Assembly: GCA_944350385.1 (NCBI GenBank)
Contig: CALVOV010000001.1
Span: forward strand, 68,631-132,630
Direction of reading: 5' to 3'
Origin: an uncultured Bacilli bacterium
Lineage (GTDB): Bacteria; Bacillota_I; Bacilli_A; RF39; UBA660
Length of the DNA: 64,000 bases
Within the stretch, counting starts at the first letter, position 1. Every line of letters begins with the position of its first letter. Made by a program: the position numbers and the translations under genes. This document shows positions 27,439 through 36,598 of the stretch, one piece after another. The notes under the pieces are model-generated. The model was not told where the DNA came from, searched no databases, and saw only the letters and a list, made by a program, of their open reading frames with translations.

Positions 27439-28356
27439 ATGAAAAAGAAATTTATATTATTTTTAGTAGTTTTAAATTTATTTTTATATTTACCAGTAAA
27501 TGCTAGTACTAATACATATGAAAGAACAAACGATAATTTATTAATACCTGATGATATTGAAGTAACAGAAAGTAATAGAAGTAATATCTTATTAACACCG
27601 GCAGTAAATGCTAAAGAAAAGATATATGATTTTGCTGATTTATTTTCTGATGCTGAAGAGTTAGAATTATATGCAAAAGTTTCAAATTATATTAATCAGA
27701 CAAGTTTAGATTTGGCAATAGTTACTATAAATTATAATAATAAGCATAATATTCAAGTATATGCTGATGATTTTTATGATTATAATGATTTTGGTATTGG
27801 TAATGGTAATTCTGGGTCTTTATTCTTGATTGATATGGATACTAAACAAATTTATATGACTACAACTGGTAATGCTATTAGGACATATACTGATCAACGT
27901 TATAATATTATTTTAGGAAATGTATTTACCTATGTTGCTAATGGACAATATTATAATGGAATAAATTCTTTGGTTGATTTAATGTCATCGTATGCGGAGA
28001 TAAATCCTTTAGAAGATGGTAATTATGTAATTGAAAATGGTAAAGTTGTTAAAGATAATAATGATATATTAGTCTGTTTGGGTATTGCATTAATAGTTAC
28101 TATCATTGCATTACTTATTATGGCTAGAATGAATAAAATGGTATTTAAGGCTAGTTCATCAAGAAATTACTTAAAGCATGAAACTATGAATATAAAAAAG
28201 ATAAACGAAGTTTTTCTTGGATCTAGTGTTACTAAGGTTAAGATAGCAGAATCTTCTACTGGAAGTGGCTCTAGAAGAGTTGGCTCTAGTAGATCTAGCT
28301 CAATCCATCGTGGTAGTAGTGGTAGATTTCATGGTGGCGGTGGAAGACGTTTTTAA
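27439..28356 (+). CDS. TPM-domain membrane protein (YdjH-like)
   Basis: Signal peptide, TPM signature region IYDFADLFSDAEELELYAKVSNYINQTSLDLAIVTI, TM helix, and a Ser/Gly/Arg tail ending HGGGGRRF. The track start 27370 was trimmed to ATG 27439. Confidence 0.75.
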   Translation: MKKKFILFLVVLNLFLYLPVNASTNTYERTNDNLLIPDDIEVTESNRSNILLTPAVNAKEKIYDFADLFSDAEELELYAKVSNYINQTSLDLAIVTINYNNKHNIQVYADDFYDYNDFGIGNGNSGSLFLIDMDTKQIYMTTTGNAIRTYTDQRYNIILGNVFTYVANGQYYNGINSLVDLMSSYAEINPLEDGNYVIENGKVVKDNNDILVCLGIALIVTIIALLIMARMNKMVFKASSSRNYLKHETMNIKKINEVFLGSSVTKVKIAESSTGSGSRRVGSSRSSSIHRGSSGRFHGGGGRRF

Positions 28357-28377
28357 AAAATAGGAAAGAGGTTTATT

Positions 28378-29487
28378 ATGGGATTAATTAAAGCTGCTGC
28401 AAGTGCTATTGGAAGTACTTTGCAAGATCAATGGAAAGATTATATTTTATGTGATGATTTAGGACAGGATATTCTTATGAAAAGAATATCTACTAAGAAC
28501 GATGTTATTTCAAAAGATAGTGCTATACAAGTGGCACCTGGTCAAATTGCAATTATTTTACAAAATGGAAAAGTATTAGATGCTACTGCTGAAGAGGGTA
28601 TTTATATATTTGATCAATCAACTACACCATCTTTTTTTGCAGGTCAATTTGGTGATGTTTTTAAAGATATGTGGACTCGTTTTACATATAATGGGGCAAC
28701 TGCTAAGGAACAAGCCGTTTTCTATTTGAATGCTAAGGATATTATAAATAATAATTATGGTACTCCTGCTCCTGTTCCATATCAAGATTGGTCACATCCT
28801 ATTCCAAATCAAATGACTGGAACTATTACTCCTTTAAGAGTAAATGTAAAATGTTTTGGAAAATATACATTTAAAATATCAGATCCAGCATTGTTTATGA
28901 GTAAAATAGCTGGTACAGCTGAGGAATATAGAAAAGATGAAATTATTGAACAAATGCGTGCAGAAGTAGTTGGAGCATTTCAAAATGTTTTAAATGAGTT
29001 AGGAAATTCTGAACATAAAGTTCCAGTATTGGAATTACCTAGTAGTACGGATGAGATAAAGAAATTAATGAAAGAGAAAGTTTTTGATCAACCAATACGT
29101 GAACGTGGATTAAGTATTGTAGGTTTTGTTGTTGAGTCTGTTACTCTAGATGATGAATCTAATAGAAAAATTGATAATTATGAATTATCTTCTAATGGTT
29201 ATATGCAACAAGGTTCTCTTGTTGGAGCATATAGTAATGCAGTTCAAGATGCTGCTAAGAATGAAGGTGGAGCAATTAATGGTTTCATGGGAGTTGGTAT
29301 GGTAAATATGGCTTCTAATGGTATGTTTGGTGGAGCAGTAAATAATACTAATCAAAATACTCAAGCTACCGCTGGACAAACTATAGGTACTGTTGGTACT
29401 ACTACTGAAGCATTGTTCTGTCCTAATTGTGGAACACCTAGTAAAGGTGGAAACTTCTGTACTAATTGTGGTACTAAATTAAAATAA
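28378..29487 (+). CDS. SPFH/Band-7-like protein with C-terminal zinc ribbon (YdjI-like, COG4260 type)
   Basis: N-terminus MGLIKAAASAIGSTLQDQWKDY, an SPFH-like core, a Gly/Asn/Thr-rich linker, and CPNCG...CTNCG at the C-terminus. Confidence 0.7.
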   Translation: MGLIKAAASAIGSTLQDQWKDYILCDDLGQDILMKRISTKNDVISKDSAIQVAPGQIAIILQNGKVLDATAEEGIYIFDQSTTPSFFAGQFGDVFKDMWTRFTYNGATAKEQAVFYLNAKDIINNNYGTPAPVPYQDWSHPIPNQMTGTITPLRVNVKCFGKYTFKISDPALFMSKIAGTAEEYRKDEIIEQMRAEVVGAFQNVLNELGNSEHKVPVLELPSSTDEIKKLMKEKVFDQPIRERGLSIVGFVVESVTLDDESNRKIDNYELSSNGYMQQGSLVGAYSNAVQDAAKNEGGAINGFMGVGMVNMASNGMFGGAVNNTNQNTQATAGQTIGTVGTTTEALFCPNCGTPSKGGNFCTNCGTKLK

Positions 29488-29491
29488 TAAT

Positions 29492-29526
29492 AAAAAAAGT
29501 TGACTTAGGCAAGGTCAACTTTTTTT
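29492..29526. terminator. Bidirectional rho-independent terminator
   Basis: 13-bp stem aaaaaaagttgac/gtcaacttttttt flanked by A- and T-runs, shared by convergent genes. Confidence 0.8.
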
Positions 29527-30479
29527 AATGATAAAATCATTTTTCTTTCTTTTTTCTTTTGTTCTAATACGTCTTCAATTGATGAAGTAATCATTTTAGT
29601 ACTTATTTTTGTATTGTTAGAGTGTGTTTTATATTGTGACAATATTTCTTTTATTTCTTTCTTTTTTAATAAATAAATACCAGACTTTAGGATTTGTAAA
29701 TCAATAGCAAATTTTGAAGCTTCTTCTTTATCATTTAAAATACTATCAGGATATATATAACAACGTGTTGCTTGTTCGTTAATATGAGTTGCTAATACAT
29801 CATTATAAATATAGTCAACAACTTCTAATTCATGGCCATTTTCAAGACATTTTTCATAACCATCAACAATGTAATTTTGGTTTAAGTATCTTTCTTCTAA
29901 TTGTTTATCAGTAAATAATAATCTGTTTTTTTGATTAATAGCTTTATCAGTAATTGATAAAGAATCGGCTGTTTCACTTAATTCGTTTAAGAATCTGATA
30001 ATACTTGTATTATAGTCTAATAATGCTTCGTGATGAATAGTAGCACGATCTTCTTGTAATCTTTTAACTATATTTGAGCTAGTTGATTTCTTTGGCTGAT
30101 ATCTAAATTTCATTATCAAATAACTTTCAAATCTTTTTAAAATTAAATCATTTACATAGCGTCTTTCATTTTTTATTAAATTGATGTATTCGTTCAAATC
30201 TTCTTTTAATTCATTGTTTTTAATATCAATCTTAAAATCTTCTAGCAGTGATTCATTTAAACTATTAACAAAATCTATATAAATTTCTTGAGAATTTTTT
30301 TCTTTAATATTTAATGTATCTAATAGATAATTTTCATTTTTTATTTGTTTTTTTAATTCTTTTTCTAGGACTTCTTTATTTTGTGAGTTCATGTTTTCAT
30401 AGATGCATTTTATATTATATGATGTATTAATTATATTCATAATAGTTTTTTCTCTTTGTTGTTTATTTAAATTATTCAT
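29505..30479 (-). CDS. Hypothetical all-helical protein
   Basis: 324-aa ORF, one of only two minus-strand genes. No confident motif. Confidence 0.5.
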   Translation of the reverse strand: MNNLNKQQREKTIMNIINTSYNIKCIYENMNSQNKEVLEKELKKQIKNENYLLDTLNIKEKNSQEIYIDFVNSLNESLLEDFKIDIKNNELKEDLNEYINLIKNERRYVNDLILKRFESYLIMKFRYQPKKSTSSNIVKRLQEDRATIHHEALLDYNTSIIRFLNELSETADSLSITDKAINQKNRLLFTDKQLEERYLNQNYIVDGYEKCLENGHELEVVDYIYNDVLATHINEQATRCYIYPDSILNDKEEASKFAIDLQILKSGIYLLKKKEIKEILSQYKTHSNNTKISTKMITSSIEDVLEQKKKERKMILSLKKVDLA

Positions 30480-30662
30480 ATTTATTCCCCTTTGTTTAAA
30501 TAGTTTCTTTGCATTTAAACTTGCTATATTATACCATAAAAAAGGTATTTTGTATAGTTTTTTTAATATTTACCATAATAATGGTAGGAGATGGATAATT
30601 TGACAAAGAAAACTTCTGATAGTATAATATATAACTGTCACGTATACAAAGAGGTGTTTAAG

Positions 30663-31355
30663 ATGTTTAATAGTGATAGTGAAATGCTTAATGCATGTAC
30701 GGAAGAGCCCTCCCTGATTTTTAATTTAATTAAACAAGGAGAGTTTGAAATCATTCAACTTTTGATTGATAAAAATAAAATCAATGTTAATTTATGTGAC
30801 AGTGTAGGAAATGATGTTGTTACTAGACTTTTGAAAGCTAAGCAATATGATTTAGTATTACAATTAATGAAAAAAAGAAATTGGGATGTTAATCATCAAA
30901 ATATAGAAGGTAACACTTTTGGACATATTTTAGCTCAAGATAATTCAGTATCTACATTAAAAATTGTTGATCAATTAGTAAAGAAGAAGAACTTCTTACC
31001 TAATATTAAAAATAATAAGGGAGAAACAATTTTAGATAAAGCAATTAACAACAACTATATCTGCACAACTTTTAAATTTTTGGAGGATAAAAGATTTACT
31101 AATATCGATGTACTATCTTTTCAAAAGTTATTTAATGCATATATTAAAAATACATATTATGGTAAATATTCAAAATTAAATAATTTAGAGATAATTGTTT
31201 ATAATTTGGATAAAAAAGAATTAATGCCTAATATGAAACATTTGGTTGAAGAAATTAAAGATAATATGAACATAATTAAAGAAGAAATTATGAATAATAA
31301 ATCTAGTTCTTTGGAAACTTTAATTATGTCTTCGTTAAATACAAGTATTGCATAA
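30663..31355 (+). CDS. Ankyrin-repeat protein
   Basis: About three ANK-like repeats (GNDVVTRLLKAKQYDLVLQLM..., EGNTFGHILAQ..., KGETILDKAINNN...). ATG 30663 is preferred (agaggtg RBS, TATAAT at 30623-30628) over the track start 30591. Confidence 0.65.
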   Translation: MFNSDSEMLNACTEEPSLIFNLIKQGEFEIIQLLIDKNKINVNLCDSVGNDVVTRLLKAKQYDLVLQLMKKRNWDVNHQNIEGNTFGHILAQDNSVSTLKIVDQLVKKKNFLPNIKNNKGETILDKAINNNYICTTFKFLEDKRFTNIDVLSFQKLFNAYIKNTYYGKYSKLNNLEIIVYNLDKKELMPNMKHLVEEIKDNMNIIKEEIMNNKSSSLETLIMSSLNTSIA

Positions 31356-31378
31356 AACAGTTTTTACTGTTTTTTTTC
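31354..31378 (+). terminator. Rho-independent terminator
   Basis: 7-bp stem aaaacag/ctgtttt plus a T-run. Confidence 0.7.
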
Positions 31379-31436
31379 TTGTTTTTATTTCTAAAATATT
31401 ATAATATATATTCAGTTTGAATGGGGAGGCAGTAGT

Positions 31437-32852
31437 ATGAGATTACCTGATTATAAAGAGGCTAGAACTCGTGACGTTCGTGATTATAAAACTATTCAAT
31501 TTAAATTTGATGAAAAAATAAAGAATAAATATTTGGGTAAAAAATATTATTTGAAAACTTATGGTTGTCAAATGAATGAACATGATAGTGAAAATATAAG
31601 GGCTTTACTTGAAAATATTGGCTTTTCAGAAATAGATGATTATGAAAAAGCTGACTTAATTTTATTGAATACATGTAGTATTAGAGAAAATGCACATAAT
31701 AAAGCATTTGGTATGTTGGGTAGAATAAAGCATTTAAAAGAAATGAGACCAGAAGTATTAGTTGGTCTTTGTGGGTGCATGGCTCAAGAAGCAAGTGTTG
31801 TTGAAGAAATACTTACAGATTACAAATTTGTTAATTTTGTTTTTGGTACACATAATTTATATGATTTACCAGAGATTATAGATAAAGCTATTGAAACAAA
31901 TAAGCAACAGATAGAGGTTTTAAGTCGTGAAGCTGATATGGTGGAAGGATTACCAGTAATAAGAGCTAATAAATTTAAAGCATATATTAATATAATTTAT
32001 GGTTGTAATAAATTTTGTACATATTGTATTGTTCCTTATACTAGAGGTCGTGAGAGAAGTCGAAAAAAAGAGGATATTCTTAAAGAGCTTGAGGAATTAG
32101 TTAAAGATGGATATAAGGAAGTTACTTTATTAGGTCAAAATGTAAACGCTTATGGAAAAGATTTATATGATGATTATAATTTAGCTAACTTGTTGGAAGA
32201 TGTTGCTAAAACAGGAATTCCTAGAATTAGATTTACTACTTCACATCCTTGGGATTTTACTGATGATATGATAGAAGTAATTGCTAAATATCCAAATATT
32301 ATGTCTAGTATACATTTACCTGTGCAGAGTGGTTCTAGTAGTATTTTAAAGAAAATGGGTCGTAGATATACTAGAGAGAGTTATTTGGAATTATTTGATA
32401 AAATGAAAAAAATTATTCCTAATGTAACAATAAGTACAGATATTATCGTAGGTTTTCCTGGAGAAACAGAAGAAGATTTTGAAGAAACTTTATCTTTAGT
32501 TGAGTATTGTAAATATGATAATGCTTTTACTTTTATTTTTTCAGCTAGAGAGGGAACTCCAGCTTGTAAATTGGAAGATAATACTCCTTTAAAGGAGAAA
32601 GAAGACAGACTTCAAAGATTAAATGAAGTAGTTAATAAATATTTCTTGGAAAATAATAAAAAATTAGAAGGAAAAGTACTTTCAGTTTTAGTTGAAGGTG
32701 TTTCTGAAAAGAAAAATATGTATTATGGTTATAGTGAAACTAATAAACTTATTAATTTTTCTTCTGATGAAGAAATAGAAGTAGGTAGTATAGTTCCTGT
32801 TCATATTACTAATGCAAAAACATGGAGTTTAGATGGAAAAATTGATAGATAA
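31437..32852 (+). CDS. miaB: tRNA-i6A37 methylthiotransferase
   Basis: UPF0004 N-domain (YLKTYGCQMNEHDSE), radical-SAM CNKFCTYCIVP, and a C-terminal TRAM-like domain. Confidence 0.92.
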   Translation: MRLPDYKEARTRDVRDYKTIQFKFDEKIKNKYLGKKYYLKTYGCQMNEHDSENIRALLENIGFSEIDDYEKADLILLNTCSIRENAHNKAFGMLGRIKHLKEMRPEVLVGLCGCMAQEASVVEEILTDYKFVNFVFGTHNLYDLPEIIDKAIETNKQQIEVLSREADMVEGLPVIRANKFKAYINIIYGCNKFCTYCIVPYTRGRERSRKKEDILKELEELVKDGYKEVTLLGQNVNAYGKDLYDDYNLANLLEDVAKTGIPRIRFTTSHPWDFTDDMIEVIAKYPNIMSSIHLPVQSGSSSILKKMGRRYTRESYLELFDKMKKIIPNVTISTDIIVGFPGETEEDFEETLSLVEYCKYDNAFTFIFSAREGTPACKLEDNTPLKEKEDRLQRLNEVVNKYFLENNKKLEGKVLSVLVEGVSEKKNMYYGYSETNKLINFSSDEEIEVGSIVPVHITNAKTWSLDGKIDR

Positions 32853-33165
32853 GGCAGTAGAAGAAGTTGTCAATTCAATCGTAGAAAGTCAAGAATATCA
32901 AGATTGCTTAGCAATTCGTCAAAAGATGTCTTTGAATACAGATCTTGTTTTGAAAATAGAAAAAATAAAATCTTTACAAAAAAAATATCTACGTACTGCA
33001 AATCAAGATATAGAAAAAGAAATTGTTGATCTAAAAGAAGAGTTAAATAATATTCCTATATACTATGAATATAATAGAAAATTATCTATAGTAAATGAAA
33101 AAATTAATTATGTTGTTGATGAATTGAATAATTTTTTTGATAATTTATTTAATGAAGGAAAATAA
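32833..33165 (+). CDS. ymcA: YlbF/YmcA-family regulatory protein
   Basis: 110-aa helical protein overlapping the miaB end. Same position as ymcA downstream of ymcB(miaB) in B. subtilis. Confidence 0.6.
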   Translation: MEKLIDKAVEEVVNSIVESQEYQDCLAIRQKMSLNTDLVLKIEKIKSLQKKYLRTANQDIEKEIVDLKEELNNIPIYYEYNRKLSIVNEKINYVVDELNNFFDNLFNEGK

Positions 33166-33178
33166 TCCTTCTTTTTTT
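33154..33178 (+). terminator. Rho-independent terminator
   Basis: Stem gaagga/tccttc plus T7; includes the stop codon. Confidence 0.75.
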
Positions 33179-33212
33179 GTTTTTATGATATTATTTAATT
33201 GGAGGTATGATT

Positions 33213-33656
33213 ATGGATTTTTTTAGTTATTTAATCAAGAAAGCACATGATGACGGAATAGAGAAAATAGTTGTTGGTGGAGTAATTATGGATTCTTCTG
33301 GGAAAGTTCTTATTTTAAAGAGAAAACAAGATGATTTTATGGGTGGCATTTGCGAATTACCTAGTGGAAATATGGAAAAAAATGAAACTATAGAAGAATC
33401 ACTTAAACGAGAAATTAAAGAGGAAACTAATTTGGATGTTAAAAAAATCAAATATTATATTAATAGTTTTGATTATTTATCTAGTAGTGGAAAAAAAGCT
33501 CGTCAGTATAACTTTTTAGTTGAAGTTTTTGATGGAGATATTTTACTTACTGAGCATGATGAATATATTTTTATGAGTATTGATGGTATCAGAGAATCCT
33601 CTAATATTAGTCGTGAAGTTAAAGATACTTTAGAAATAGCTTTTTTTAATGCATAA
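33213..33656 (+). CDS. NUDIX hydrolase
   Basis: Nudix box GGICELPSGNMEKNETIEESLKREIKEETNL. ATG 33213 is 7 nt after ggagg. Confidence 0.8.
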   Translation: MDFFSYLIKKAHDDGIEKIVVGGVIMDSSGKVLILKRKQDDFMGGICELPSGNMEKNETIEESLKREIKEETNLDVKKIKYYINSFDYLSSSGKKARQYNFLVEVFDGDILLTEHDEYIFMSIDGIRESSNISREVKDTLEIAFFNA

Positions 33657-33727
33657 GTTTTATGTCCCTTTTTATATTGATATAATTAATTAAAAATGAT
33701 AATATTTTATTAAGGTAGGTGTCTTTA

Positions 33728-34717
33728 ATGAAAAAGATTAGTAAAATAATTTTTGTTTTGATTACTATATTATTATTTGGAAATAAAAATGCTTTTGCTT
33801 TAGGTGGAACATATCAATATAATGGTTTTACATATACAATAAATAATATTCATTTAGATGTTTATAGGTCTAAACTTGATGCTGATAACAATTATGATGG
33901 CTATAATAAGAGATTACTTTATTCATTAGATTTACCTGATAGTTATACAATAAATCCTTCTTATTATGATATGGTAGATAATTCTAATTCTGCTATTCAA
34001 AGTAATAGTACTTATATAATATTAAATTTAAATATCACTAAAGATGAAATTTTAGAATTATTAAAGAGTAAAATAAATATAGTTGATAATGATAATCATT
34101 ATTTTATTAGAATGATGGTAGATTATACTATAAATGGTATTCCTAGTGGATTAAGTTATTATTATCAAGATGTTTATGATAATAGTAATAACAATATCAT
34201 TGAAAATAGTACTTCAGTAAATAATAGAACAAATATGTTGATGCCTTTATTAATTGGGCAAAGTTATTCTGAACCTTTTGCTAATTTTGAATATAAATTA
34301 GTTAATAATAATGCAGTTTCTAATTATACTACTGAATTTACTAAAGGTATGCCTATTTATTTAGATTATTATTTAAATTCAACTATTTATTCTTCTGCTG
34401 ATGAAACAAAAAATCAAGTATATGAAGTTGATGGTTATCAAACAGATGTTAGTAATGATAGTATTTTGTTAAATAATAAAATTATTAAAAGATTAAATTT
34501 TGTTGGATATAGCAATATTCAAGAAATTATCGAAAATAATTATTATGATAAGTATTTTATGCAGGAAGTTGAGAAAAAAGTTGTTCCAACAGAAATAGCT
34601 ACAGAAAATGGTATATTAAATTTATTTATATATGGATTTTGTACTATTTTAGTAATTATTGGCTCATTTTTGTTAGTTAGAGTTATCCGTGAAAAAATTT
34701 ATGTAAATGCTGAATAA
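33728..34717 (+). CDS. Hypothetical Asn/Tyr-rich secreted protein with C-terminal TM helix
   Basis: Signal peptide (IIFVLITILLFGNKNAFA) and a C-terminal helix LFIYGFCTILVIIGSFLLV. Confidence 0.5.
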   Translation: MKKISKIIFVLITILLFGNKNAFALGGTYQYNGFTYTINNIHLDVYRSKLDADNNYDGYNKRLLYSLDLPDSYTINPSYYDMVDNSNSAIQSNSTYIILNLNITKDEILELLKSKINIVDNDNHYFIRMMVDYTINGIPSGLSYYYQDVYDNSNNNIIENSTSVNNRTNMLMPLLIGQSYSEPFANFEYKLVNNNAVSNYTTEFTKGMPIYLDYYLNSTIYSSADETKNQVYEVDGYQTDVSNDSILLNNKIIKRLNFVGYSNIQEIIENNYYDKYFMQEVEKKVVPTEIATENGILNLFIYGFCTILVIIGSFLLVRVIREKIYVNAE

Positions 34718-34739
34718 AAAGTGATTTATTCACTTTTTT
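34717..34739 (+). terminator. Rho-independent terminator
   Basis: 8-bp stem aaaagtga/tcactttt plus a T-run. Confidence 0.7.
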
Positions 34740-34790
34740 ATATGCAATAAAATCTTTCTTTTGCATAAATTATTTTAGGGAGGAATACTT

Positions 34791-35324
34791 ATGGCAAATT
34801 ATAGAGAGATTGTTACTAAGGCTGTGATAGCTAAAGGAAAAAGATCTTTTACTTCTAATCATACAATTACTTTGGAAAATAAGCCTTCAACTATTTTAGG
34901 GTGCTGGATAATTAATCATAATTTTAATGGTGTTAAAAATGGTAACACTATAAATATTAATGGTAGTTATGATATAAATATTTGGTATTCTTATGATAAT
35001 GATAGTAAAACTGAAGTTGTTAGACAGACAAATAATTACACTGAAACAGTACACATGCGTAGTGTAGATGATGATGTCTTAAGTGAAGAAATAATTGTTA
35101 GAAGTTTAAAACAGCCTAATTGTATAAAAGCTGAAATAGATAATAATAATAATATTAATTATACAATAGAAAAAGAGTTAGGAATTGAATTGGTAGGAGA
35201 TATTAAAGTTAAAATTGAAGCTACTATGGATGAAGACCCTTGGGAGGAAATATTAGAAGAGTCAAAAGTTGATGAAGTTATTGATAAAGAAGTAAATGAA
35301 AATTATATAGAAGATAAAATTTAA
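34791..35324 (+). CDS. cotE: Spore coat morphogenetic protein CotE
   Basis: Aligns from memory with B. subtilis CotE (M..YREI.TKAV.AKG......NHTI....KPS.ILG.WIINH......DIN.WYSY....KTEVV......LKQPNC) and has an acidic tail. Position near ymcA is conserved. Confidence 0.8.
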   Translation: MANYREIVTKAVIAKGKRSFTSNHTITLENKPSTILGCWIINHNFNGVKNGNTININGSYDINIWYSYDNDSKTEVVRQTNNYTETVHMRSVDDDVLSEEIIVRSLKQPNCIKAEIDNNNNINYTIEKELGIELVGDIKVKIEATMDEDPWEEILEESKVDEVIDKEVNENYIEDKI

Positions 35325-35348
35325 ATAACCTTATGGTTATTTTTATTT
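35324..35348 (+). terminator. Rho-independent terminator
   Basis: 7-bp stem aataacc/ggttatt plus a T-run. Confidence 0.7.
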
Positions 35349-35398
35349 GACTAATTTTATTAATTTTGATAAAGTATTATCGCGATAGGGGATAGATT

Positions 35399-35932
35399 AT
35401 GTTAATTGATAAAGAATATGTTAAAACAAAAAATTCTATGCAGAAAGTATTAAAAGATAATCCTGATGATTTTTTAGGGTTTTTACAAAAATTTTATGCA
35501 GCTAATGTTGTTAGAGAAATTTTTGGAAGAGATGAAAAATTAAAAGCTGAGGCTGTACCAGTACTTAGAGAATATTTGAAAGAATTATATGCTAGTGATT
35601 ATTCTAAAAAACTAGTATCTGTTTCTGATGATAATAAAAGTTTTGTAGTTACTACTATGGCTTTATTAGAAACTATTTTTCCTGAATTCTTAGATGGAAG
35701 TTTTAGCCTAGATACTTTAAGTGAAGAGCAAAGAGAACTAGTTAATATATTGTTTACTAATTCTAGAGCATATCAAAGTAGTACAGTAGAATTTCAAAGT
35801 GATTTTCAAAAGATTATTTTTGAACCACTAGAGATAAAGCGTGATGGTTATCAAAAAGTTCATATAGCACCAGAATTAAAGGAATTATTATATGAAGATT
35901 ATGGTTATTGTAGGAATGGTTTAGAAAAGTAG
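35399..35932 (+). CDS. Hypothetical cytoplasmic protein
   Basis: 177-aa ORF. No motif recognised. Confidence 0.5.
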   Translation: MLIDKEYVKTKNSMQKVLKDNPDDFLGFLQKFYAANVVREIFGRDEKLKAEAVPVLREYLKELYASDYSKKLVSVSDDNKSFVVTTMALLETIFPEFLDGSFSLDTLSEEQRELVNILFTNSRAYQSSTVEFQSDFQKIIFEPLEIKRDGYQKVHIAPELKELLYEDYGYCRNGLEK

Positions 35933-35948
35933 TGTTATCAAAAAAAGG

Positions 35949-35977
35949 TTGACAAACAAGTTATAATTTACTATAAT
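35949..35977 (+). promoter_or_regulatory. Consensus sigma-A promoter of rpsP
   Basis: TTGACA (35949-35954), 17-nt spacer, TATAAT (35972-35977). Confidence 0.7.
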
Positions 35978-36010
35978 TTATATAGCTTTTAGAAATGGAG
36001 GGATAGTTAT

Positions 36011-36286
36011 ATGGCAGTTAAATTAAGATTAACAAGAATGGGTGCAAAAAAGAAACCAACTTATAGAATAGTTGCTACTGATTCACGTCGCCCTAGAGAT
36101 GGACAATATCTTGAACTAATTGGTACTTATGCTCCAGTTGGTGAAGGATCAGTAAAGATTAATGAAGAATTAGCTTTAAAATGGTTAAATAATGGTGCTG
36201 TTCCAACTGATACAGTTAAAAATTTATTTAGTAAAGCTGGTATTATGAAAAAATACGCTGATTCTAAGTCAAAGAAGGAAAATTAA
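36011..36286 (+). CDS. rpsP: 30S ribosomal protein S16
   Basis: [31 protein letters not shown]... Confidence 0.97.
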   Translation: MAVKLRLTRMGAKKKPTYRIVATDSRRPRDGQYLELIGTYAPVGEGSVKINEELALKWLNNGAVPTDTVKNLFSKAGIMKKYADSKSKKEN

Positions 36287-36289
36287 TTT

Positions 36290-36538
36290 ATGGATTTAGT
36301 AAAATTAACAGAAAATTTAGTTAAATCTGTAGTTATAAATGAAGATAGCGTTAGTGTTAAAGAATTTCCTACAGATGAAGAAAATGTCATGTTTATTCAA
36401 GTTATGGTAGCAGAAGAAGACATGGGTAGAGTCGTTGGAAAAAATGGCAATGCCGCTCGTGCTTTAAGAACTCTTGTTCAAACTGCTTCTTCACTCGAAG
36501 GTGGAAAATTCGTTAAAATTGATATTGATAAATTTTAA
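36290..36538 (+). CDS. ylqC: KH-domain RNA-binding protein (YlqC/KhpA-like)
   Basis: 82 aa with GxxG loop VVGKNGNAARALRTLV, immediately after rpsP. Confidence 0.85.
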   Translation: MDLVKLTENLVKSVVINEDSVSVKEFPTDEENVMFIQVMVAEEDMGRVVGKNGNAARALRTLVQTASSLEGGKFVKIDIDKF

Positions 36539-36566
36539 GAGAGTCTTTTGACTTTCTTTTTTTTTG
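36539..36566 (+). terminator. Rho-independent terminator
   Basis: Stem gagagtc/gactttc (one G-U pair) plus a T10 run. Confidence 0.7.
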
Positions 36567-36598
36567 TTCTTATATTATAATTATTAAGAGGTAATGAT

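Noticed and set aside
29505-30479. HEPN-like toxin call for the minus-strand orphan, based on the string RATIHH
   Set aside because: A single Rx4H match in a 324-aa protein is expected by chance. There is no partner antitoxin or nucleotidyltransferase gene nearby.
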